Positions 46,901 to 54,839 of a stretch of 64,000 nt of DNA are shown one piece after another (position 1 is the first letter of the stretch; every line of letters starts with the position of its first letter). The stretch spans positions 6,784,001-6,848,000 of the forward strand of contig CBDCXR010000004.1 of NCBI GenBank assembly GCA_965223845.1, given 5' to 3'. The DNA comes from Planctomycetota bacterium. Its GTDB lineage: Bacteria > Planctomycetota > UBA8108 > SXIK01. Under the pieces are notes generated by a model. That model ran no database searches and was not told the origin of the DNA. It was given only the letters and a program-made list of their open reading frames with translations. The translations under genes and the position numbers were made by a program.

Positions 46901-47501
46901 GGGGTTCTACCAGCCGGGTTCACGCCGCGGGTCGGTGGGGCAACCGCTTCCGGGGGTCGCCGTTCGCATCGTGAACCCCGATACGGGCGAAGCGCTCGCG
47001 GCGAACGAGCCCGGGCTGATCCTCGTGCGCGGACCGAACGTCATGCAGGGCTACCTCAAGCGCCCGGAGCTGACCGCCGAAGCGATGCGCGACGGCTGGT
47101 ACGTGACGGGAGACATCGGGACGATCGACGACGACGGTTTCCTCCGCATCACGGATCGTCTGTCGCGCTTCTCGAAGATCGGCGGCGAGATGGTTCCGCA
47201 CGGGAAAGTCGAGGAGTCGCTCCAGACCGCAGCGGGCGAAGAGCTGCAGGTGTTCGCCGTCACGTCGGTCTCGGACGAGAAGAAGGGCGAGCGCCTCGCG
47301 GTTCTCCACACGATCGAGGAGGAGCGCATCCCGGAGATTCTCTCGGCCCTCCAGTGCGAGGGGCTTCCGAATCTCTTCATCCCCAAGGTCGAGCAGTTCG
47401 TCCGCGTCGAAGAGCTCCCCGTGCTCGGTACGGGCAAGCTCGATCTCCGCGCCGTGAAGAACATCGCGAGCGAAACGTTCACTCGCGCGACGTCGACGTG
47501 A
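43983..47501 (+). CDS. aas: LplT(MFS)-acyltransferase-acyl-ACP synthetase fusion (acyl-[ACP]-phospholipid O-acyltransferase)
   Basis: MFS (QFFGAFNDN, FGPAKYGILPE), PlsC (NHVSFAD, FAEG) and AMP-binding (FSSGSTGEPKG, EGYGATE, YVTGD, SRFSKIGGEMV). Start is approximate. Confidence 0.9.
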   Translation: MRRTEEQSGVALVRRSEEERAPRPRPRHRRRNRPLSEANRHPLRGLLTAQFFGAFNDNAWKIVVVLLGIRAVAAGADSAGAAKQEVATIATLVLLLPLCLLSLPGGILANRISKRSVIVALKGVETALMLAGTLVLLFAPSQQILLLVVLGGMGVQSALFGPAKYGILPEILDHERLSRGNGLLELWSFSAIVLGTAVGGFLLEQSGGQLWFVGALLTFLAGVGWFAARSIPPVPPACREKQFGESIVAAWRSIRGQRVLWLTVLGSTLFWSVAMLVGQEVLVYTENTLGQPESTASVPLAVLSIGVGIGSVISGRLSGDKVEYGLIPFGAAGLAGSLILFGIVEPGIAGTIAFMIPVGLFSGFVLVPLNSLLQWRSPSECRGGVIAIANAIAFAGMIAGTLAARALAGWGLTETQGIAAAGALTALGTMWALWLLPDAFLRFLLILLTHSLYRLKVIGRVNVPGDGGALLVPNHVSFADGLFLIASVDRPIRFIVDANYFHHPLLKPFMKSLGAIPISTAGGPRVVLRALRAAGDYLDRGHLVCIFAEGQITRTGMLLPFRRGLERIVKGRKAPLIPVHLDGVWGSVFSHAGGRFMTKIPKRIPYPVTVTFGESLPAGTPVFDVRKAVQDLSVVAWGARQDERRPLHHSFVRRCRRRPFNLLFADASRPRVSRFAGLTGAIALARALREKWRGQETVGILLPSSVGGATVNLAAAFAGRTSVNLNFTSGASSFASAVQQSDLRTIVSHREFVEKLGIEIPSSVETIWIEDISARIGTVSRCVASLLALAAPVRFIERACGAERRIVARDTATIIFSSGSTGEPKGVMLSHANVDANVEGVAQVTRVDEHDRLLGVLPLFHSFGYMALWFAANRDLGTIFHPNPLDAGKVGELTHRYNVTLLIATPTFLQLYLRRCTPAQFGSLRIVLCGAEKLSDRLAAAFEERFGIRPLEGYGATECSPAITVSALDYRAPGFYQPGSRRGSVGQPLPGVAVRIVNPDTGEALAANEPGLILVRGPNVMQGYLKRPELTAEAMRDGWYVTGDIGTIDDDGFLRITDRLSRFSKIGGEMVPHGKVEESLQTAAGEELQVFAVTSVSDEKKGERLAVLHTIEEERIPEILSALQCEGLPNLFIPKVEQFVRVEELPVLGTGKLDLRAVKNIASETFTRATST

Positions 47502-49647
47502 CGCGGTCGGGCGTTAGCCGGCGCAAGACGACGAGCTCGAGGAGGAGCAGCGCGAGCGCCGCGCTGAGACAAAGCGGCCAGAGGTCGCGTCGCGTCACGA
47601 CTTCGATCGGCTCCTCGCCGAGGGGCGATGAAGGCGAGACGACGGCCAAATCGAATCGTGTGCTCAGCTCGTTCGCCGTCTCCTCCGCGACCCGGGAAAG
47701 ATCCGATTCCGCCGCCGGCACGTTCACGGCGTACGTCGCGGCTGCGCCCGTCGATCCGTCTCGCCGGCCGAGGCGATAGAGCCCCGGCGTTCGCGTCCTC
47801 GTGAACACGCCCACCGCGCGGCCATCGCGCAGCTCGGCCTTCAGCGCCAGCGTCTCTCCGGTGGGTGCGATGACGTGCAGATCATCCGCCGCGCGAAGAT
47901 CCTCGAGCGAAGTGACAATCTCCTCTCCGACGTGGAGATTGCGACTGGATTCGCGTGGCGCGAGGAGGGAGCGCGCGAGCTCGTGGAGGAGAGGAACGAA
48001 GAGCGTACTGCGCGGCAGGGTCGTCGTCTCGGCGCTGGCGGAGGTCGCGACGAGAGTGACCCGGCCCCGACCGTAGCGTTTCTCGACGATCCACGGCGAT
48101 CGTCCGTTTGTTCCGGCGAGTGACGCGAGAATCTCGGCGCCCCGCGCGACCTCGGTGAATTCGATCCAGCTGCGGACGTCGATGCGCGAGAGGTCGCCAC
48201 TCCCGGGTCGACCGAAATGTTCGAGGGCGGGGTGCGAGAAGGATAGATCCGCGGGATGGGCGCTCCCGCTTTCGGCCGCAGTTTCCCCAGTCGAAAGGCG
48301 CGCGGGCAAGAGTCCGTGCTCTCCGCGGTAGAGTTCGTCGTTCCACGCGTCCGTGTTCGTCGCGGGACCGAGGAACACGAGGAGTCCGCCGCCCGAGGCG
48401 ACGTAGCGCTCGAGTCGGCGCGCCGTCTCACCCTCGATCCGCGCGACGTCGGCGAAGACGATCACCGCGTAGCGCTCGAGTTGTTCGGCGGAGAGGTCGC
48501 GCGCGAGTTCGGGCTCGAAGAGTGTCGGCGTTCCCGCGGCGTCGGTCCTCGCGGGAGCGAACGCGAGATCGACGAGCCGCGCCGAGCTCGAATCGCTCGT
48601 CCCGTCGCCGACGACGAGAATGCGCGTCGCGTCGAGGACATCGACGATGAGGTAGCGGATGTCGTCGATCGGGAGACCGTCGGCGGGAATCCGCGCGCGG
48701 ACGACGTGCTCACCGGGCGTCTCGAATCTCCGGGAGACCGCGATCGACGCGCTGGGCTCCCCGCGGAAGTCGGCGCGCTGGCGGGCGAATTCCTCTCCCC
48801 CGTCGAAGAATCGAACGAGCAGCGACTCGAGCGGCTCGGCCGCGGGCGACGCGATCGTCGCCGCGACATCGGCGACTCGGTCCGTCCCGGCCAGGCGTCC
48901 GGCGCTGAGTCTCACCACGGCCGAGTTTCGAGTGCTCGCGGGTCGGCACTCCACGATGCGGATCTTCGCTCCTCCGCGCGAGTTTCGAGAGGGTTCGGTC
49001 TCACGAAGGCGCTCGAGACCGGACGCGTCGATCGTCGACGCCGCGAGATCGGTGAAGACGAAGATCTCGCGGAGGGGCGAGTCGAGCCTCCCCGCCGCCG
49101 CGATCGCGCGGTCGAGCTCCCGGTCGAGGTGAAACACCGCGGGCCCGGGTTCGAGAGCGCGAATTTGGTCGTGTGGATCCCTCGGTGCGTTCGCCGCCTG
49201 CGCTCCTCCGTCCGAATCCGCGAGAACGACGATCTCGTCTCGGCTCGACACCGAATCGAGAAGACGAAACGCTGCAGCGCGCGCGAGCTCGAGGTTCGAC
49301 GGCTCGCCCGGTGTGGCGCGGTAGGCCATGCTGAGCGACGTATCGAATACGAGAACGAATCCGCGCGCGGACTCGCCCGGAGCTCCGAGGACGTGCCGGC
49401 GCTCGCGGAGAAACGGCTGGACGACCGCGGCGACGAGCGCGACGACGACGAGCGTCCGGACGGCGAGGAGTACGACCTCGAGCCAGTGAAGGCGCCGGAG
49501 CTCGCGCGGACTCGCCTTCGTCAGGAAGCGCAGCGCCGGCCAGTCGACGACTCGCGCGCGGCGACGATCGAGAAGGTAGAGAACGACCGGGACGAGCGCC
49601 GCGGCGAAGAGAGGCAAGAGGTGAAGGTGGTCGACGAACGTGGGCAC
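47479..49647 (-). CDS. BatA/vWA domain membrane protein
   Basis: N-terminal PVVLYLLDRRRARVVDWPALRFL, MIDAS DTSLSM, FTD, and AVNVPAAESDL followed by a C-terminal TM. Confidence 0.85.
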   Translation of the reverse strand: MPTFVDHLHLLPLFAAALVPVVLYLLDRRRARVVDWPALRFLTKASPRELRRLHWLEVVLLAVRTLVVVALVAAVVQPFLRERRHVLGAPGESARGFVLVFDTSLSMAYRATPGEPSNLELARAAAFRLLDSVSSRDEIVVLADSDGGAQAANAPRDPHDQIRALEPGPAVFHLDRELDRAIAAAGRLDSPLREIFVFTDLAASTIDASGLERLRETEPSRNSRGGAKIRIVECRPASTRNSAVVRLSAGRLAGTDRVADVAATIASPAAEPLESLLVRFFDGGEEFARQRADFRGEPSASIAVSRRFETPGEHVVRARIPADGLPIDDIRYLIVDVLDATRILVVGDGTSDSSSARLVDLAFAPARTDAAGTPTLFEPELARDLSAEQLERYAVIVFADVARIEGETARRLERYVASGGGLLVFLGPATNTDAWNDELYRGEHGLLPARLSTGETAAESGSAHPADLSFSHPALEHFGRPGSGDLSRIDVRSWIEFTEVARGAEILASLAGTNGRSPWIVEKRYGRGRVTLVATSASAETTTLPRSTLFVPLLHELARSLLAPRESSRNLHVGEEIVTSLEDLRAADDLHVIAPTGETLALKAELRDGRAVGVFTRTRTPGLYRLGRRDGSTGAAATYAVNVPAAESDLSRVAEETANELSTRFDLAVVSPSSPLGEEPIEVVTRRDLWPLCLSAALALLLLELVVLRRLTPDRVTSTSRE

Positions 49648-49660
49648 GGGCAGGTCTGCG

Positions 49661-50575
49661 TCAAGCCGGAAGGCGCTGGCGACGCTCGAGGAATGAGCTG
49701 AGCGACTGCTCGAACGGAGTCGACGTCCGAACGAGCGCGTAGTCGACGCCGGCCGAGCGGCAGCCTCGCGCGAGACCTTCGCGATGCGCGAGAAGCTTGT
49801 CTTGGTAGATCGCGCGCACTTGACGAGCGTCGTAGCGGACCGTTGCCGCCGGGCGTTCGGGGTCGCGGAAGATCGTCCAGCCGGCGAAGGGCAGCTGTTC
49901 TTCGGCCGGGTCGAGTAGGTGGAACGCGATCACGTCGGAGCCGCGGTGGCGGAGCTGCGCGATCGCACGAAGTGCCGCGTCGAGATCGACGAGAAAGTCG
50001 GACACGACGACGACGAGCCCCCGGCGCATCGTCGAGGCGACGGCTTCGAGCCCCCGCCCGAGCTCGGTCGTCCCCTGCGGTTCGGTGGTTTCGAGGACGT
50101 GGAGGAGACCGTTCAGATGCTCCGCGGTCGACTTCGGCGGGAGACGTCCGCGCACGCCGCGGTCGAGAATCGTCAGCCCGACGGCGTCGCGTTGGCGGTG
50201 GAGAAGATACGCGAGCGCAGCGACCAGGAAGCGGCCGTAGCGAAACTTCGAGACCGGCCCGTCGGGATGGGCCATCGACGCCGACGCGTCGAGGACGAGG
50301 TCACAGCGCACGTTCGTCTCATCGTCGTACTCCCTCAGGTAGTAGCGATCGGTCCGGGCGTAGCTCCGCCAATCGATGCGCTGGACGGGGTCGCCCGGTG
50401 CGTACGCGCGGTGTTCAGCGAACTCGGACGAAGACCCTCGCTTCGGGCTCCGGTGGAGGCCGCGGAGAAATCCGTCGACGAGCTCGCGCGCGGCGAAGTC
50501 GATCGGTCCGAGCCGCAGCACTTCGACGGGGTCGAGCCAGGCGCCCAAGGGCGACGGCGACTCGTTCGCGCTCAT
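49661..50575 (-). CDS. DUF58 protein
   Basis: GLHRSPKRGSSSEFAEHRAYAPGD, IDWR, DASASM and VVSDF. Confidence 0.9.
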   Translation of the reverse strand: MSANESPSPLGAWLDPVEVLRLGPIDFAARELVDGFLRGLHRSPKRGSSSEFAEHRAYAPGDPVQRIDWRSYARTDRYYLREYDDETNVRCDLVLDASASMAHPDGPVSKFRYGRFLVAALAYLLHRQRDAVGLTILDRGVRGRLPPKSTAEHLNGLLHVLETTEPQGTTELGRGLEAVASTMRRGLVVVVSDFLVDLDAALRAIAQLRHRGSDVIAFHLLDPAEEQLPFAGWTIFRDPERPAATVRYDARQVRAIYQDKLLAHREGLARGCRSAGVDYALVRTSTPFEQSLSSFLERRQRLPA

Positions 50576-50657
50576 GACGCTGAGCCGAGGGATTCGAACC
50601 CCACTCCGACCGCGCCGCCGCGCTCTTCGACGCGCGGTGTCTCCGCGCGGGCTCCGC

Positions 50658-51734
50658 TCACGTCCGCGCTCCGACGTTCCGGTCATCGAGAAGTCGAGCG
50701 ACGATCCCGGCGCCGCTCAATCCGTCGACCGCTGCGTGAAAGTTCGTCACGATGCGGTGCGCGAGCACGGGGTCGGCGATCGCCCGGATGTCGTCGGCCG
50801 TGACGTGAAATCGTCCGCGGACGAGGGCCCGAGCCTTCGCCGCCTGGACGAGATTCTTCGCCGCGCGCGGGCCGGCGCCCCAAGAGACGTTCGTGCGGAC
50901 GTAGTCGGGTGCCTCGTCGTGATCGGGACGCGTCGCGCGCACGAGCTCGAGGGCCGTGCGGCAGACGCTCTCGGCGATCGGAACTCGCGGTACGACGGCT
51001 TGAATCTCCTGAATCGTTTTCGCATCGAGCACTTCGTCGATCGCGACTTCCTCGGGACGCATCGTCTGCTGCATGATGTCGAGCTCGTCTTCGGACGACG
51101 GATATTCGACGCGAAGCCCGAAGAGAAATCGATCTAGCTGAGCCTCGGGCAGGTTGTACGTCCCCTCCTGCTCGATGGGGTTTTGCGTCGCGATGACGAA
51201 GAACGGTGACGGAAGGTCGAGGGTCCGCTCGCCGACGGTGACTCGATGCTCCTCCATCGCCTCGAGGAGCGCCGATTGAGTTTTCGGCGGCGTGCGGTTG
51301 ATTTCGTCCGCAAGGAGGATGTGTGTGAACACGGGGCCGCGAATGAAGCGGAATGTCCGTTCGTCGGTCGCCGGATCGCGCTGAAGCACCTCGGTGCCGG
51401 TGATGTCAGACGGCATCAAGTCGGGCGTGAACTGCACGCGCCGGAACGAGAGAGAGAGGGCGCGCGCGAGCGTGCTGACGAGGAGCGTTTTCGCGAGTCC
51501 GGGAACGCCGGTCAAAATGCAGTGCCCGCCGGCGAAGAGAGCGATGAGAAGCTGATCGACGACCGCTCGCTGGCCGACGATGACCTTCTCGATTTCGCCG
51601 GTCAGTTGCGTGTAGGCACGACCGAGTCGCTCGACGCATTCGACGTCGGAGGCGCCCGGTGCTTCGGGTGGAGACGTGGGGCGGTCGTTCGGTCTGCGCG
51701 CGGGTTCGGGTGCGGTTTCGAGCGCTTCGGTCAT
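50658..51734 (-). CDS. moxR: MoxR family AAA+ ATPase
   Basis: GVPGLAKT, RVQFTPDLMPSDITG, LADEINRTPPKTQSALLEAM, ATQNPIEQEGTY and LDRF. Confidence 0.95.
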   Translation of the reverse strand: MTEALETAPEPARRPNDRPTSPPEAPGASDVECVERLGRAYTQLTGEIEKVIVGQRAVVDQLLIALFAGGHCILTGVPGLAKTLLVSTLARALSLSFRRVQFTPDLMPSDITGTEVLQRDPATDERTFRFIRGPVFTHILLADEINRTPPKTQSALLEAMEEHRVTVGERTLDLPSPFFVIATQNPIEQEGTYNLPEAQLDRFLFGLRVEYPSSEDELDIMQQTMRPEEVAIDEVLDAKTIQEIQAVVPRVPIAESVCRTALELVRATRPDHDEAPDYVRTNVSWGAGPRAAKNLVQAAKARALVRGRFHVTADDIRAIADPVLAHRIVTNFHAAVDGLSGAGIVARLLDDRNVGART

Positions 51735-51740
51735 GGCGGC

Positions 51741-51746
51741 ATTGTA
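51741..51746 (-). promoter_or_regulatory. -10 element TACAAT 6 nt upstream of the moxR ATG (leaderless-type)
   Basis: Minus strand reads TACAAT-GCCGCC-ATG with no SD. Confidence 0.45.
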
Positions 51747-51799
51747 ACCGCCGGTGACGTCGTTCTCTCGGTTCTCTCTCGCCCGAATGAGACGCTCGT

Positions 51800-52876
51800 C
51801 TACCGGCGATCCGGTGCCGCGTCGGTTGAGCGTTCGGACCTTTCTGGTTTCTCTTTGGGTGCGGCGTCGCTCCCGCCGCCGGAAGATTCGTCGTCCGCCG
51901 CGAAGTACTCCGAGCTCGGATGGAACCGCTTCCAAGCGCGCCGGTACGACACGAGCGCGGGCAGCATCCGCAGTTGCGCGCCGCGAAGTCGTCCGCTCGT
52001 TGCTCGTCCCGTCGTTCGGTCCCATTCGCTCTTCGTTTCGCGGTCGCGAAGTCGGTCGCCCTCCACCGCGAAGGAGAGCACCCGGGTCTTCTCGTCCGCA
52101 CCCGAGATCTCGCGCGAGTAGAGAACCGCGCTCGTCGACTCCGAGTCGAAGACGACGAGCACGGGTGATTCCGCGATCACGTCGTCGACGACGGGACGTC
52201 GCGTCAGTGCGTCGAACGGATACGCCTTCGCGTGTCCATCGACGACGGTTCCGAACACGAAGCGCGCAGGGTCGCGATAGAAACTCCTCTCATACGCCTT
52301 CGCCGTGCGGCGAAGGGCGAGAACCGTCGTCTGGGGATGGCGTTTTCGCCAATCTTTCCAGGTCGTCATCACGGCAGGCAGGATCTCGAGCTGTGTCCCC
52401 TTCAGCTCGCCGTCCATGCACTCGCCCAAGATGTGGCTCCAAAGGGAGCCCGTTTCGAGATCGCGCATCACGAGACTTCGATTCCACAGCATGCCGGAGA
52501 CTTGAAACGTCAGCTTTCGACCTTTGACCTTGCTGGCGTAGACCACGCCATTGTGACAGAGGTGTCACCAGGTCGCGGCGATCGCGGTGCCGGCGAGGAC
52601 GTCGTTGATGATCTCGCGCGTCGGCTGCGTGAGCTGGTTGATCGGGTAGGCTCGCGCGCGTCCGTCGACGACGACGCCGAGAACGAGCTCCGTGTCGCGG
52701 ACCTTGTCGCCGATCGTCTCGGCGGGGAGAGTCGGCGCGTCGGTGATCGCGGGGAAGGGCGAGACGACTTTCCGCGGCTTGAACTCGCGTTCGCCGGCGG
52801 CGAGCGGTGTCCCGACCGCAGTGAGGGCGAGGATCGAGGCGGCGAGTGCGCCGAAGCGGTCTCGGGTGCTGATCAT
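51800..52876 (-). CDS. DUF3179 selenoprotein (in-frame UGA at 52565-52567, U-x-x-C), 358 aa
   Basis: ORFs 52565-52876 and 51800-52546 join in frame: AYP...EIIND...IAATW-U-HLCHNGVVY...SGMLWNRSLVMRDLETGSLWS. U sits at the first Cys of the family TxCPLC motif. Signal peptide and a SECIS-like hairpin are present. Confidence 0.88.
52534..52550 (-). promoter_or_regulatory. Putative bacterial SECIS element
   Basis: TGGCGT-GGTCT-ACGCCA hairpin starts 14 nt after the UGA. Its GGUCU loop matches the loop sequence of the E. coli fdhF SECIS. Confidence 0.75.
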
Positions 52877-53188
52877 GAGCAGTCTCCACGGAGGGAAAGA
52901 TCGGAAACGTCTACGGTAGCCGCGCGTCTCCTTCGGGGGACAACCGATCTTCCATCGAACGGAGATCCTTGTCGTCGAGTTCCCGAAGATCGGGCTCGGG
53001 CAGCCCGGCGCGCGAGAGGCGTCGAGCTAAAAAGAAGCTCAATCGTACGACAAGCCACCCCTCGTGAGAACGCGGGTCGTCTATACTGTCGGTCATCTGT
53101 GTCCTTCCCCGAGCCTCTCATCGCTCGTTGAGACATCGGTCGACTCGAAGTTCCCGCCGACCAGGGCCGCGCGCAAGGAGTCGCGATC

Positions 53189-54673
53189 ATGATCAGCTTT
53201 CAATGTGCAGAATGTGGTGCGAAGTACCAGGTTCCCGAGCAGCACGCGGGGAAGCGAACGCGGTGCAAGAAGTGTGAAGCAGTGCTCGTGATTCCGGCGG
53301 TCGAGGCCGCGGTCGACGACGAACCGGCTGCGCCGCCCCCGCCGCCGCGCGCGCGAAGGACTAGCTCGGCGCGCCGCTCGAGCGCCGCGCGTCGCGGTTC
53401 GAGCGCTCGCCGAGCGGCGGCGCAGAGCGAGAAGACGGGCGGGTCGAACAAGGCGATCGTCGCGGTGCTCGTTCTCCTCGTAGTCGGCGTCGGCGGATAC
53501 TTCGCGTACGACCACTTCATCGCCGGTTCTGGGGACGGGCCGGCGGTGACGGACTCACCGAGCGACGGTCCCGAGTCCGCTCTGCCGTCCAGCCCGGATG
53601 GCGTGTGCGCCATCGAGCTCGCGAATCTCGAGCCGTTGCTGAATCAACTCCCGCGCTTCGTACCGCCGCCGGTTGGCAAGCCGATGAGCGTCGCCGATGC
53701 CCTCCCGGAAGCGGTGAAGAGCTCGCTCGACCCTCTCAAGGGGAGAGTTCTCGTCGCGTGGAAAACCGACGCCACGCCGCGACCGAATCTCGCCCCGAGC
53801 ATCGCACTCGTCTACGACGGACCGTTCGATCGCGACGGGCTCGTCCAGGCTCTCGAGAGCGAGGAACTCATCGGTGATCCGAAGGAGACGGACGGTCTCA
53901 CGGTCTACGCGGCGTACGAGACGGGAAGCGAGGCCCTCGCCGGAATGGGACTCCCCGTGCCGCTTCCCGGCGGGGCGGGAGCTGCCGACGCGGACGCGGA
54001 CGCTGCGCCCGAACCATTCGGCTCGTTCGCCGTGCTTTCGGATGGTGTGTTCTTGGTCGCGACGGACGATCTCTTCGACGATTGCGTTGCCGGCTACGGA
54101 GGGAAGAAGGCGAGAACGGAGAGCTACGCCGAAAAGCTCTTCGGTGAACCCGAAGCTTCCGCGGCGATCGTCGCCGCAGCGAATCTCAGTGGGGTCGGCG
54201 ACGATTCCTTCAAGCTCGACGGCGGCCGACTCGCTCTCGAGTACGACGGCGACTCGTCCGTTCTCGGTCTCAGCTCGACGCTCGATTTCGGCGACCGCTC
54301 GGAGCAGCTCGAGAAGTTCAAGAGCATGATTTCTCCCGAGGCGCTCCCGCCCCCGATGCAGCAGACGCTAAAGCCGATCCTCGACAAGCTGAAGCTCGAG
54401 GAAGACGGCGGCAAGGCCAAGCTCGCGATCGATTTGACGCCCGCTGACATCGCGCCGCTGCTCATGATGGCGACGATGTCCATGCGGCTAGGCGGACCCG
54501 AGGGACCCGGGGGGGCCCCGCCCGGCTTCCCCGGCGGAGAAACGCAGGGATTCGGTACGGCGGAACTCGATGAATCGAGCATCGAGATCGAATCCGATTC
54601 CGAAGTCGGTTTCGATGCCGGCGGGGAGGAGGACGGCGTCGAGATCGATCTCGACTCAGACGAAGATCTTTGA
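53189..54673 (+). CDS. Zinc-ribbon (MJ0042-like) single-pass membrane protein
   Basis: CAECGAKYQV...RCKKCEA, an Arg/Ala linker, one TM, a periplasmic domain and an acidic tail. AAGGAG SD upstream. Confidence 0.8.
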   Translation: MISFQCAECGAKYQVPEQHAGKRTRCKKCEAVLVIPAVEAAVDDEPAAPPPPPRARRTSSARRSSAARRGSSARRAAAQSEKTGGSNKAIVAVLVLLVVGVGGYFAYDHFIAGSGDGPAVTDSPSDGPESALPSSPDGVCAIELANLEPLLNQLPRFVPPPVGKPMSVADALPEAVKSSLDPLKGRVLVAWKTDATPRPNLAPSIALVYDGPFDRDGLVQALESEELIGDPKETDGLTVYAAYETGSEALAGMGLPVPLPGGAGAADADADAAPEPFGSFAVLSDGVFLVATDDLFDDCVAGYGGKKARTESYAEKLFGEPEASAAIVAAANLSGVGDDSFKLDGGRLALEYDGDSSVLGLSSTLDFGDRSEQLEKFKSMISPEALPPPMQQTLKPILDKLKLEEDGGKAKLAIDLTPADIAPLLMMATMSMRLGGPEGPGGAPPGFPGGETQGFGTAELDESSIEIESDSEVGFDAGGEEDGVEIDLDSDEDL

Positions 54674-54839
54674 GGCGTGCTCGGACGAAGAAGAGCTAGA
54701 ACCTCGAAGGGTTGCGGGTGGAGCGCGACCGAGCCTCGCGCGGCTCGGCGGCTCCACCGAACGCGAACTCGGCCGTGGTCGTTTCTATCGCGGGATGGCG
54801 AACCGGCGCGGCGATCACGCTAGCGTACGTGATCTGCGC

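Noticed and set aside
19770-52876. Genome-wide UGA reassignment (Trp/Gly) as the explanation for the two in-frame UGAs
   Set aside because: Many complete genes in the window end in TGA at the expected domain end (HU, lgt, DGC, dockerin proteins), so UGA is still a stop codon.
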